Positions 24,760 to 37,525 of a DNA stretch of 64,000 nt are shown one piece after another. The position numbers were made by a program, and so were the translations under genes. Position 1 is the first letter of the stretch. Every line of letters begins with the position of its first letter. The notes under the pieces are model-generated. The model saw only the letters and a program-made list of their open reading frames with translations, did not search any database and was not told the DNA's origin. The DNA comes from Vicugna vicugna (taxonomy: Eukaryota): positions 126,001 through 190,000 of the forward strand of contig MU058793.1 of the NCBI GenBank assembly GCA_013265495.1. The letters run 5' to 3'.

Positions 24760-25015
24760 GCTGGAGATGGTGAGGAACTGGAGAAAGTATGTCTCTGTGT
24801 CAAACAGCAAGCCATTGTTCAGCTCTAGCCAATGATGCCTTGAGGAAGCAGAGTCCAAGAGCTGGTGGATATTGCAGTTTTTAGAGAGACACTAGAATTT
24901 GTAGATTTTTATGTGAAATCTCCCAGTTTTCAAGTTTTTCAATTTATTATTATTACTCTGTCAGGCAAACTGAATAGGGTTCTTGGGGGCCAATGATTCC
25001 CTTTCAGTTTCTAGG
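24760..25015. mobile_element. MER102-like hAT-Charlie fragment
   Basis: 'cagctctagccaatgatgcc...tagatttttatgtgaaatctcccagtttt'. Confidence 0.55.
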
Positions 25016-26299
25016 ATGGAGGGATGCTGGGATTCCCTCAAATATCTGGCTTGGTCTGCAAAGGGGGATGTCCTCAAAAAGAAAGAGAAAGCCCCAGGAA
25101 TGGGCAAGAAGACTCCTGGTGCTCTGGAATTGTAGAATCTTGGACTGTGAAATCCTTGAACATAGAGGAGAAATTATAGCAAAGCTAACTTTGCATTCAC
25201 TGAAAATTTTCCACATGCTAGGCCCAGGGCTAAACTCTTCAAAAAACATCATTGCACCCTGTCCTGACTACTACCCTATGAAACAGATACAATTCTAATC
25301 AACAATTTACAGATGAGAAACCAAGAAGCAGAATGACAGCTAGTAAGTGATGAAGAAAGAGCCTGGGTATCCTTCCCAATGGGATCTAATTAAAACACGT
25401 CAGAGTTCCAAAAATGTCAGTTCATAAATGATGAATAAATTCTGGGCAGATCCCTGTCCCAGAGGAAGGGAGGGGCCCACTATTTTAAAATGCTGGCATA
25501 AGAAGTCTCTTGCCCATCATGTTATTAATATTGATGTTTAGATTATGTTAATATCTTTCATGAATTCTAAGGGGTAAGTCTTACTTTGTAAAATCAAAGC
25601 TAAATTCAATTGTAATTGTGCACTTCTCTTTGGTTTGCAGTCTTATTATTCAAGGGACAAAGTCAGATTAAAATTTTAAACTGTGACACAACTAATCAAA
25701 TAATAAAATGATTTATCCCTTCTTTTAAGTAAAACTGCATCCTCTCTTGAGACTTATCTTCTAAATTCCTTTAGTATGTTTTGCCTATTCACAGACTTTG
25801 ACAGTTAAATTCATTTCCTGTGTTCAGTTCATCTCTCCCAAACAGACCATGAGCTTTCTGAGGAACAACCAGGAGGCTTTGGAAAAAAAAAGGGCCAGGA
25901 TAAAAATCGCTCCATTCATTCCTTATCTGGTCTGGACTTCAACACATTGAGCATGCTTACCAAGGAAATTTGGTAAGGAAAGCTTGTGTGTCAAAGGAAA
26001 GACGAATGTAGATTTTTTTTAATAATTAGGGGTAGGTCTAATTAAATGATTAGAAAGTTGTACATAACTTACTTGGGTAGAACTACTACCAGTAGAAAAA
26101 AGTCACTAGGAGATAGTTTTCAGTTCAACATATTAAGGACTTGAGAAGAGTCACACTTTTAAGAAATGTAACTGGCTTCCATGAGGGTGGGTCTAGTCAC
26201 CATTTCTGTTGCTGGAAGTTTCCAACTAAGACCTGGAGTGTCTATGGAATTTAGACAAAATACCATAGGTATTTCAAAAGTTTTATTATCTATTTCAGA

Positions 26300-26950
26300 A
26301 AATTTGTTAATTTTTATTAAGACATGTAAATGTATAAAAATGGTTTGAAATATAGGAATATGTAATATATGTATGGGTTAAAGAAATATAATATAAGAAT
26401 GATCTGTGTTTTAACCTGCTAAGAAAATAAAATGTTACCAGAGACTTAGCAACCTCTTGTATGTTTCTTTTTATCATATCCCTTTTCTTTCTTCCAAAGG
26501 CAGCCAATATCTTGGATTTTGCATTCATCCTATGCTCTTCTTACAGTTTTTCCACGTATGTATTTACTCCTAAATAACTATTATTTAATTGTGCCTCACT
26601 TGGAACTTTCTATAAACGAACTTTCTAAAAACAGCATGTATTTTTCTGTCTTGCTTTTTTCACTAATTATATATTTTAGATACTCACTGTGTTGAAGTGT
26701 ATCTATAGATCATTCATTTTCATTCTCATTAAATGACTGTGGCAAAATTAACTTATACTTTCTATCATTAAAGAACATAAGTTTCATTCCTATTTTTTAA
26801 TGCTATGGATTATGCTGCTCTGAATATTCTTGATGTATACTCATGCAAGAATTTCTTTAGGATTCATACTTAGGAAGACATAAATTGCTGGTTTATGGAG
26901 AAAGGGCAGGTTCAACTTTACTACATGTGATAGGCTGCTTCTAAATGGTG
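26300..26950 (-). mobile_element. Old L1ME-like 3' end (continues 32020-32590)
   Basis: 'tgctgctctgaatattcttg...gcaagaatttctttagg...aattgctgg' continues after nested inserts as 'aatttatactctaccaacaatgaatgaaagtttcc'. Confidence 0.6.
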
Positions 26951-27069
26951 ACCTTTGGATAGGCAATATTTTATTAGATATGACATGAAAAGCACAAGCC
27001 ACAAAATAAAAACAGATAAATTGGACTTCAACAAAATTAAAAATTTTGTGCATAAAAGGACACCATCAA

Positions 27070-29072
27070 TCTTTTTTATGTCTGAGTAATATTTCATTGT
27101 ATATGTATATCACAACTTCTTTATCCATTCATCTATTAAAGGACACCTGGGCTGCTTCCATATCGTGGCTTTTGTAAATAATACTGCTATAAACATTAGG
27201 GTGCATGTACCTTTTTGAATTAGTGTTTTTATTTTTTTCAGATATATACTTAGGAGTGGAATTACTGGATCATATGGTAGTTCTATTTTTAGTTTTTTGA
27301 GAGAATTCCATACTGTTTTCTATAATGGTTGCACCAATTTATATTCCCACCAACAGTGCACAAGGGTTCCCTTTTCTCCACATACTTGGCAACATTTGTT
27401 ATTTGTAGACTTTTTGATGATAGCAATTCTGTCAGGTGAGAGTGATATCTAATCTAATGATTAGTAATGTTGAGTATTTTTTCATATTCCTGTAAGCTAT
27501 CTGTATGTCTTCTTTAGAAAAATGTCTATTCAGGTCTTCTGCCCATTTTTTTTATCACATTATTTGTTCTTTTGACATGGAGTTGTATGAGCTGTTTATA
27601 TTTTCTGGATGTTAACCCCTTATTGCTCATACCATTTGCAAATATTTCCATTCAGTAGGTTGTCTTTTCATTGTGTTGATGGTTTCCTTTGCTGTGCAAA
27701 GGCTTTTAAATTTAATTAGCTCCCATTTGCTTGTTTTTGCTTTTATTCCTTTTGCCTTAGGAGACAGATCCAAAAACAATATTGTATGATTTATGTCAGA
27801 GTGTTCTTCCTGTGTTCTCTTCCAGAAGTTTTATGATTTCAGACCTTACATTTAGGTCTTTAATCCATTTTGAGTTTTCTTTTTTTTGTATATGGTGTAA
27901 GGAAATATTCTAATCTCATTCTTTTCCATGTAGCTGTTCAGCTTTCCCAGCATCACTTATTGAAGAGGCTGTCTTTTTTCCATTGTAAATTCTTGCTTCA
28001 TTTGACATAGATTAATTGACCCTAGGTGCATAGGTTTATTTCCAGGCTCTCTATTCTATTCCATTGATCTATGTGTCTGTTTTTGTGCCAGTAGCATGCA
28101 GTTTTGATTATTGTAGTTTTGCAGTATAGTCTGAGGTCAGGGAGCATTGATACCTCCAGCTTTGTTCTTTTTCCCAAGATTGCTTTGGCAATCCAGTGTC
28201 TTTTGTGATTCTATATAAATTTTAGGATTATTTGTTCTAGTCCTGTAAAAATGTCATAAGTCCTGTAATCATGGGTATTTTGATAGGCATTGAATTAAAT
28301 CTGTAGATTGCTTTGGGTAGTATGGACATTTTAACATTAATTCTTCCAATCGAAGAAAATGGGGTATCACTCCATTTTTTTTTAATCATCTCCAATTTCC
28401 CTCATCAATGTTTTACAGTTTTCAGAATATAGGTCTTTCACCTCTTTGGTTAAGTTTACTCCTATGTATTTTATTCTTTTTGATGAGATTTTAAAGTTTT
28501 TTCCTTTCTCTTTCTGATGATGATGATGATGATGATTATATAGAAAAGCAACAGATTTCTACATATTAATCTTGTATCCTGCAACCTTACTGAATGTATT
28601 TATTAGTTTTTTGGTGGAGACTTTAGGGTTTTCTATATAAGTATCATGCCATCTGAAATTCTGCCATTTGCAACAATGTGGATTGCTGCAAGAGAGTATT
28701 ATGCTTAGGTAAATAAGTCAGACAGATAAAGACAAATACTGTATATTATCACTTATATATAAAATCTAAAAAATAAAACAAATAAATGTATATTACAAAA
28801 CAGAAACAGACTCACAGACACAGAAAACAAACTAGTGGTTATCAGTGAGAAGAGAAAAGGGGGTGCAAAATAGGGATATGGGATTAAGAGATACAAACTA
28901 CTATGTTTAAAATAGATAAGCAATAAGGAATATAGAACAACACAGGAATATATTGCCATTAAGTGGAGTATTATCTATAAAAATACTGAAGCACTATGCT
29001 CTACACTTGAAACAAATATCATATTGTAAAACAACCATACTTCAGTAAAAAATAATAAAATACAATTTTTTA
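27070..29072 (+). mobile_element. 5'-inverted (twin-primed) L1: inverted ORF2 27070-28655, sense 3' end 28654-29072
   Basis: TSD aaaaggacaccatcaa (27054-27069) / aaaaggacaccataaa (29073-29088); the two segments abut in L1 order. Confidence 0.9.
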
Positions 29073-29992
29073 AAAAGGACACCATAAAGAAAGTGAAAAG
29101 ACAACCCATAAATGGAAGGAAATATTTGCAAATAATATATCTGACAAAAATATATAGCCATAATATATAAAGAACTACTGTAACAATAATTAAAATATAA
29201 ATAGCATAACTTAAAAATAGCCAATGCATCTAAATAGATATTTCTTCAAATAAGATTACAAATAGCCAATAAGGACTAACATTGTTAGTCATTAGGGAAA
29301 TGCAAATAAAAATCACCATTTCATACTCCTTAGGATGGCTATCATCAAAAAGATAGGTAAAAGCAAATAAAAATCACCATGAGATACCATTTCATACTCC
29401 TTAGGATGGCTATCATCAAAAAGATAGGTAATAATATAATAATAGGTAATGGTAAGCATTGATAAGGACATGGAGAAATTAGAACCTTCATACATTGCTT
29501 ATGGGAATGTAAAAAGGTACAGCTGTTATGGAAAACAGTTTTGAGTTTCTTAAAAAGTTAAACGCAGAAGTTACTATATAAGCCAGAAATTCCACTCCTA
29601 AGTATATACACAAAAGGAATAAAAACTATGTCCACACACAAAAATTTTATGCATACTTGCATAAAGGTATTATTCATAATAGTGGAAAACTAGAAATAAC
29701 CAGTGTTCAACTGATGAATGGATAAACAAATGGGCTATATCCACACAATGGAATATTACTAACCAGTGAAAAATCAAACACTGATACATGTTATGACATG
29801 AATGAACCTTGAAAACTATCAAGTGAAATAAGCCAGTCACAAAGACCATGTACTGTGTGATTCCATTTATGTGAAATGTCTGGAATAGGCAAGCCCATGG
29901 AGACAGTAAGTATATTAATGTGGTTGCCTGGGGCTGGGAGTCGAGGAGGGCAGGAATGGGTAGTGACTGCCAATGAGTATGGGATTCCTTTT

Positions 29993-31445
29993 TTAAAAAC
30001 TTTATTTTTTAGAGTAGTTTTAAGTTTGCAGCAAAATTCAGCAGGTGCAGAATTTCCCATATATCCCCCATCTTCACACATGCAGAGCCCCCCTTACTAT
30101 CAACATCCCCTACCAGAGTGGTACATTTGCTAGAGCTAATGAATCTACATTAACACTCCATTAACACCCAGAGTCCACAGTTTATATTATGGTTTACACA
30201 TGGTGTTGTACATTCTGTGGGTTTGGACAAATGTATAATGACATATACCTATCATTATACTATCATACAGAGTACTTTTACTGCCCTAAAAATCCTGTGT
30301 TCCATCTATTTATCCCTACCTTCCTGCCCCCAGCCCAACCCCTGGAAACCACTCATCTTTTTACTATGTCCGTAATTTTGCCTTTTCCAGAATGTCATGT
30401 AGTTGGAATCATACAGTATGCAGTCTTGTCAGACTGGACTATTTCACCTGGCAACATACACTTAAGGTTCCTCCATGTCTTTTTTATGGTCTGATAGCTC
30501 ATTACTTTTTATTACTACATAATATTCCATTTCCTGAATGTGCCACTGTTTATTTATTCATTCACCTACTGAAGGACATCTTTGTTGCTTCCAAGTTTTG
30601 GCAATTATAAATAAAATGAAAATAAACATCCATGTGCAGTTTTTGTGTAGATGTGTTTTCAGTTCCTTTGGATAAATACCAAGGAACAAAATCACTTAAG
30701 CATACAGTAAGATATGTTTAGTTTTGTAAGAAATCACAAAATGTGTATTCCCACCAGCAATAAACGAGAATTCTTGTTGGTCCATATCCTTACCAGCATT
30801 TGGTTTTGTTATTGCTGCAGATCTTGACCACTTTAATAGGTGTAGTGTTACCTCACTGTTGTTTTAATTTGCATTTCCCTAATGACATATGATATAGGAC
30901 ATCTTTTCAGATATTTATTTGCCATCTGTATGTCTTCTTTGGTGAAGTATCTGTTAGTCTTTGGCCCATTTTTAAATCAGGTTGCTTGTTTTCTTATTAT
31001 CAAGTTTTAAGAGTTCATCGTAAATTTTGGATAATGAGTTCTTTTAATCAGATATTTTTCTGCAAATATTTTCCCCCAGTCTGTGGTTTGTCTTCTCATT
31101 CTCTTGAAATTGTCTTTCATAGAGAAGTTTTCAGTTTTAATGATGTCCAGCTTATCAATTATCTCCTTCATGGATTGTGCCTTTGGTGTCATATCTACAA
31201 AGTCATCACCATACCCAAGGTTTACTCCTATGTTATCTTCTAGGAGTTTTATAGTTACGCATTTTACATCTGTTCTATGATTCATTTTGAGTTAATATTC
31301 TGAAGTGTGTAAAGTCTGTATCTAGATTTATTTAATTTTTTTGCATGTGAATGTCCAGTAGTTCCAGCACCATTAGTTGAAAAGACCTTCTTGCCCCATT
31401 TATTACCTTTGCCCTTTTATCAAAGATCAGTTGACTGTATTTATG
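29993..31445 (-). mobile_element. L1MC1/2-like L1, 5'-truncated
   Basis: 'caacatcccctaccagagtggtacatttg...gtgttgtacattctgtgggtttggacaaatgtataatgac'; TSD atgggattcctttt (29979-29992) / atgggatttctttt (31446-31459). Confidence 0.85.
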
Positions 31446-31604
31446 ATGGGATTTCTTTTAAGGTCATGAAAATATTTTTAAATTATATGGTAGTATTGGT
31501 TGCACAAATATGTGAATACAAAAACCGCTAAACTGAATACTTTAAATGGGCAAATCTTATGGTATGTGAATTGTAACTCAATAAAGTTCTTGGGGGAAAA
31601 AAGA

Positions 31605-32016
31605 GCATGGCTTCTGTCACTCTCATTTATTCACTCTGAAGAAACCAGCTGCCATGTTGTGAGCTGCCTTATGGAGAGACCCATGTATCCTGGAACTAAT
31701 AGAGGCCTCCAACGAGAGGACAGCAAGGAGCCAAGGCCCCCTGGTTCAATAATACACAAGGAACTGAATCTTGCCAACAACTACATGCATAAGCTTCAAG
31801 GTGGACCCTTCCCTAGTCAAACCCTGAGATGAGACACCAGAGCCTAGGCCAACACCTTGATTATAGCCTAGTAAGTGAGACAGTGAGACCTTAGACAAAG
31901 AACCCAGCAAACCCAATACCAGGATTTCTGATCCAGAGAAACTGTGAATAATAAATGTTATTTTAAGCCATTAAGTTTTGTGGTAATGTGTTATGCAGCA
32001 CAATGCGATGAACACA
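31605..32016 (+). mobile_element. MLT1E/F-like MaLR LTR, 3' part
   Basis: 'ccagctgccatgttgtgagctgccttatggagagacccatg...ggaactgaatcttgccaacaac...taagccattaagttttgtggtaatgtgttatgcagca'. Confidence 0.8.
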
Positions 32017-32624
32017 CTAGGCAAAGCCAAACCCTTTTCCATGGTGGTGGTAATAATTTATACTCTACCAACAATGAATGAAAGTTTCCAATCCCTCATG
32101 TCCTCGCCGTCACTTGGTTGTCTGAATTTTAAATATTTACCAATTGGGCAAGTGTGAAATAATATCTCAGTGATATTTTATTTTGCATTTCGTAGCTTAC
32201 AAATGAGACGGAGTATGTTTTCATATGTTTATAGGATATTCAAATATATCTCATATGAAACATCTGTTTTTTAATCTTTTGTGTATTATTCTACCTTTTT
32301 TTGCTTCTTTTTATGATTAGAGCAGTTTTCAAGTATACTGTAGATATGAATCCTTTGTCTATTATATGTGATGCAAATTCTTCTCCCAGTTTGTGGGTTA
32401 CTCTTCATTCTTTATGGTGTCTTTTAGTGAGAAGAACTGTAAACAAATTTAATAAAGTAAAATTCATCTATCCTTTCCTATATTTTTAGCACTTTTTGAG
32501 TCTCAAGAAATCCTTTCCTACTTTGAAATCATAAGAATATCTTCCTATGTTTTCTCCCAGATATTTTAAAATTTGGCTTTTCATATTCTAATTTATTTCA
32601 TCTTTAAGAAAGTTATGGCTTCTA

Positions 32625-32656
32625 AAATGATTACGAATCAATAAAAAATGTAAAAA
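32625..32656 (+). mobile_element. 32-bp retroposed tail (probable extreme 5'-truncated young L1)
   Basis: Perfect 16-bp TSD aaagttatggcttcta (32609-32624, 32657-32672) around 'aaatgattacgaatcaataaaaaatgtaaaaa'. Confidence 0.75.
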
Positions 32657-33123
32657 AAAGTTATGGCTTCTATCATAGATGTAGAATTTTTCACCAATGA
32701 CTTTTCCCTCATATTTTAATTTTTTTCTCTTCCCAGAACAGTTCTTAACTTCTCACCATCACTCGTATTTCTAGCCCTCTCTCACTCCTTCTCTACACCT
32801 TTCTAAACTCTCCCTTTAAAAGGCCCAATGGCCCATCTATAAGAGGTTGAATAAATAAGTTTTGGGTGTATCTATATAATGGGGATGTCATATGCCATGG
32901 CTTTTAAAGAATGAAACAGAATTCTATGGTGAGATGGAAGAATATGTGATAAAAGCAAGCAGCAGAATAATACAGCTCTGAGTGCATGAGAGTGGACATG
33001 CATATGAAGAATTATGGAATAAGTATCAAACTTACCAGAAGCTATCTGAAGGATAGGGCACAAATTAGATTACAGGCTCTCCCTATAATGCTTGATGGTT
33101 TTGCAATGAGCATGTATCACTCT

Positions 33124-33188
33124 TTTCTTTTTTTTTTATTGAAGTACAGTCAGTTACAATGTGTCAGTCTCTGGTGTACAGCATATAC
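33124..33188 (-). mobile_element. ~60-bp young camelid-type L1 3' terminus
   Basis: T tract + 'attgaagtacagtcagttacaatgtgtcagtctctggtgtacagcat'; 'tatcactct' on both sides (33115-33123, 33189-33197). Confidence 0.8.
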
Positions 33189-33215
33189 TATCACTCTAGT
33201 AATTTGGGGAAAAGA

Positions 33216-33285
33216 AATATAATATAATATAATATAATATAATATAATATAATATAATATAATACAATATAATATAATATAATAT
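33216..33285. repeat. (AATAT)n pentanucleotide microsatellite
   Basis: About 14 units with one AATAC variant. Confidence 0.95.
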
Positions 33286-34221
33286 ATTTTATAAATATCT
33301 GCTAATGTGGGGCCACATCAGGCACTGAGGGATACAACAGAGACAAGGAGGTCCTAACCTTCATAGAGATCATTCTAATAGACTCGTCTCTAAGTCCCCA
33401 TCCCTTCTGTTGTGCCATTCCTAACTGTCGTACCCTATAACATTAGTTTTCCTATCTCTGTACTCTTAAAATACTCATGCTCTTGTCTACTCACTTTAGC
33501 CCACAATGACAGATTATCTGATGTTAGCCACTGTTTCTTCCTTTACAAGCCTCATTTCCCTAAACAAATTAAGTAAGGCTTCCTAAGGACAAATATCATT
33601 TTTCACATGCCAAACTCTCCCCCAGTAAACATCAAAAGAGTAAAGAAAAAGAGGGTGGGCATTTGATGGACAGTTGCTGATTAACTTGGATAAGATAGAA
33701 GTTGGGATAAGCCTTTTGGGAAAAATGGAATTTCATATTTTCTCTCTAAGGAATGGGGATGATCCTGACTCATATGGCACTCTGAGAATAAAAAGTCAAT
33801 ACCCTGCACAAGCAAAATAGAGCAATTGTCAATGTCACTATTAGAACACTGTAAGCATCAATTGATTGTCTGCATGCTTGTTATCCACTTTGTGGATTAT
33901 CTGTGGCCACATTGATATCCTCATTTGGTTGCCCCCTCTCTGACCTGCAGCCTCCTGCTTGGTTGCAACACTGGTAGGTACCCAGGGAACACTGACTAAT
34001 TTAAACATCAGCTCAGAGCAAATGTAATTAGGAAGATAAATCTGCTGCAAAGCTACCACACAATGTCTATTCAAACCAAATGACAATAGCATTATCGTCT
34101 ATTGTTTTAGGGGATTCATGACTCTGCTCATCTCAATAACTGTGAAGTCATAATTTTCTCATGAGAAATGCTTTTTCCTATAAGAATATATAATTTTTAT
34201 TATAAATTTAACCATAATCTA

Positions 34222-34780
34222 AAGATACCATATGACCCAACAATTCCACTCCAAACTGACTTGGTATTTACACAAGTGAAATGAAAATTTATGTTCACAC
34301 AAAGACCTGTACACAATGTTTACAGTGGCCTTATTCATAAATATCCAAACTAAAAACAAATGTCCTTCAACTGGTCAACAGATAAACTGTGGTACTTTAT
34401 ACAATGCCATGCTACTTGGCAACAAAAAGGACAAACTACTGATGTCTGTTTCAACACAGATGAAAGCAAATGCATTGTGCTAGGTTACAGAAGCCAGAAA
34501 CAAAAATCTGTATACTGTGTGATCTCCTTGATATGACACCTGGAAAAGGCAAAATTATAGAGACAAAAAATGGTTAAGTATGTGCCCAGGGCTGGGATGG
34601 AGAAGAGGTTAAGTACAAAGGAGTAAGAGGGAGCTCCTTTTGGGGTAATGGCGGCATCGTTCTGTTTCTTGAATATGGTGGTGGTGACACAACTCTAAGT
34701 GTTTGTCAAAACTCATAAAACTGCACCCTGAAAAGGATGGGTTTTATTATGTAAATTATAACTCAATAAACCTGACTAAA
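34222..34780 (+). mobile_element. L1MD/ME-like 3' end
   Basis: 'taccatatgacccaacaattccactcc...gtttgtcaaaactcataaaactgcaccctgaaaagg...ctcaataaacctgact'. Confidence 0.85.
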
Positions 34781-35479
34781 AAGAAGCTTACCACCCCATA
34801 ATCTCAGTTTTCCCTTCCTCCCCAGAGCCCCTGGTATAACCCCCGGAAGTGAGAAGTCCTCCATAGAGCTGCATTTGATAAATGCACTTCAGAGTCATGG
34901 TGGAACCAGCCCTGTCACCTCCATTTTCCAACTATGCTACTGCAGTTTTTTGCTAGTTACTCACTGAGACTCATCACCTAGCCTTTAGGGGGAATAGTCG
35001 AGATAGAGCTTCATTTTCCATGCACTTTTATTTTAGTAACTTGAAAAAATTTAATCCAGAGTTTGTCATTTGCATCAAGCATTGAGCTTGATAAAGTAGC
35101 TTAAATTAGCAGAAGAATCACACACCTGGACCAAATTTTCATGTCAACCACCTCAAAGACGGAGTCAGGGAAGAATTCACATCTAAAAATGATCTCTCAT
35201 TTCATCATGCACATTGGTATGAAGGAAATAAAACACATTAAAGGAAACAAAAAAATAAAAATAAAATCCAAAAGGTGGCATTTATGTTTCTCCACTTACA
35301 GCTGATTATGCAGCAACTCTCAGAAGACAAAAAATATGTCAAGTTAGTGATGAATATGTATCAAAACCAATCCTAACTGTCCTCTGTTATGTCTAGCCAA
35401 TGGAAGGATAGACTGTTTCAGGCATTCAGTAATGTGTCTCATGCTCTGTGTATCCAAACATTTTGTGGGTGAAATTCCA

Positions 35480-36000
35480 CCCAACAAACAGTTGCAAACA
35501 TCAATGAGTTGCCAGGACTTGTGTTAGAAACAATGCAATACATAAAGATGAAGAAAGCTGTAGGCCCTAACCTTAGTGAAATTGAAATTTAGCAGGAGAA
35601 ACACTCATGGACACAACTGTATGTAACACACAGTAAGGTTCAGTAAATGCTATAATAATATGAGGTCACAGAGGCAGATTAACTTTGCTGGAAGAAGTGG
35701 GAAGCCTTCACAAAGGAGGTTGGTAGATGGTCTAGGCGAGGTTTCAACAGACAGTGATGGAGACAAGCACTGCTCTGTGAGTGGCGGACAATGTGAACAA
35801 CAAGGGGTAGCATGTGACTGTTAATGAATGAGTAGAATGTAGCTAAAACTGAAGGGTAAAAGGTGGGGAAATATCCTGCAGATAGTGGAGGGCATGAATT
35901 CCACAACGGAGTGTGTGGGCTGAAGAACAGCAGGATCAGAGACTAGCTTTATGGGCTGGACATTAACAACACTTCCTGGGAGGCAGAAGAAGGGATTGAT
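35480..36000 (-). mobile_element. L2 fragment
   Basis: 'tgccaggacttgtgttag...aaagatgaagaaagc...gaagccttcacaaaggagg'. Confidence 0.55.
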
Positions 36001-36195
36001 TAAAAGCCAGTGCTAAAGAACTGGGCAACCCTGCAGTCGAGTCCTAGGCCTGCTGTCTCAGAACTCAGACCTGTCTTGCACGCAGTGGTGTCTATACAAC
36101 AGCCATTTTTCTCTTTTCACTGCTAATAAAACCCTGATTTTATTTGGTCAGCTATTTATCCAACTTCAAGAGATGAATTACTAATAGTCTAAGAC

Positions 36196-37525
36196 AGCAG
36201 TTTTCAAAATGTGGTCCACAGACCCTTGGGGTCCCTGAGGTCAATTCAGGGAGCCTGCAAAAAATAAACTATCTTCATAAGAATACTAAGACCTAATTCA
36301 CCTTTTTCACTGTGGTGAAAGCAGTGGTGGGTGGGTAAAACTGCCGGTACCCTTAGAATGAATTAAGGCATCCGTAACCATGTACTGTCATTAAAAAAAA
36401 AAAAGCCACTTAAGAGAATCCTTGGTGGAGCAATAAAGTTACTAATGAATTATTAATCCAATTAAATTCTGACCCTTGAATACACATCTTTTAACTATTA
36501 TATGTGAGGAAATGAGAAGTATACATGAATCACTTCTGGGTATACTGAAGGACTGTGTCTCAAGGAAAGGCAACCTGTGCAAATGTGTGAGTTACAGGCT
36601 GAACTAACCACTTTTATCACAGAACACCATTTTTATTTAAAAGAAAAACTGAAAAACCATGGTTATCCAGACTTAGGTATTTGACAGACAATATGAATCT
36701 CAAGCTTCAAGGAAAACAACTGATAGTATTTGCTGCCAATGATAAGATATGAGCTTTCAAGTGATAATTGGAATTTTGGAAAACTTGTATCTGCCACTGA
36801 GAGCTTGATAACTTTGCAATATGTAGATTTGTGAAAAGCTCAGTGGTGATATTGATGAATATGATGTTTATATTGCATAATAAAATATAACATTTGGAAG
36901 ATCTGTATAACTCAATGAACCAGTATTTTACAAGTGACCAATGCATGATGGTACAAAATCGTATGTGGGCAGAAGATCCCTTCAAATTACAAAAGAGACC
37001 AGCAGATTTTAATGAGACAGAGTACAAAATGTTTACTGATATGGCTTCAGATTTCATGTTGTAATGAACCTTAAGAAACTACCACTTGGTGTGTTTGGGT
37101 AGTGTCAATGAAGAATATTCATGCATATCTAAAAAGGGCTTTAAAAATATCCCAACTTTTCCAGCTACATATCTGCGTGAGGCTGGATTTCCCTCATATA
37201 CTTCAACTAAAACAACTCATCACCATAGATTGAATAAAAGGACATACGAGAATCCAGGTGTCTTCTGTTAAACCAGACATTGAAGAGATTAGAAAAATAT
37301 AAAGCAATAACACTCTTCTTGCTAATTTTAATTTTTTAAGGAAATTATTATTTTCAGTAAACATATTTTAATATTAATATGTATTTTGTTTCTTGTTATT
37401 TTTAATAAATAAATACGCTCTAAATACATCTGTTTCAGTTTCTAATATGGTACTATCTATAAGCAAAGCTCTCTGTTTTTAACAGTGAAAACAGGTGCTG
37501 AGACCAAAAAGCTTTAAGAACCACT
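36196..37525. mobile_element. Charlie1a-like hAT DNA transposon
   Basis: Starts 'cagcagttttcaaaatgtggtccacagacccttggggtccctgag', ends 'ctgagaccaaaaagctttaagaaccact'; decayed internal transposase-like sequence; ~1.3 kb. Confidence 0.85.

Larger units (their letters stand above)
26955..31590 (+). mobile_element. L1MB-like host element (pieces 26955-27069, 29073-29992, 31446-31590)
   Basis: Collinear ORF2 end/3'UTR: 'gataaattggacttcaacaaaattaaaaatttt' -> 'gaaagtgaaaagacaaccc' -> 'gtatgtgaattgtaactcaataaag'. Confidence 0.85.

Noticed and set aside
36707..37271. ORFs in Charlie1 as a domesticated transposase
   Set aside because: Internally deleted element with no long intact frame.
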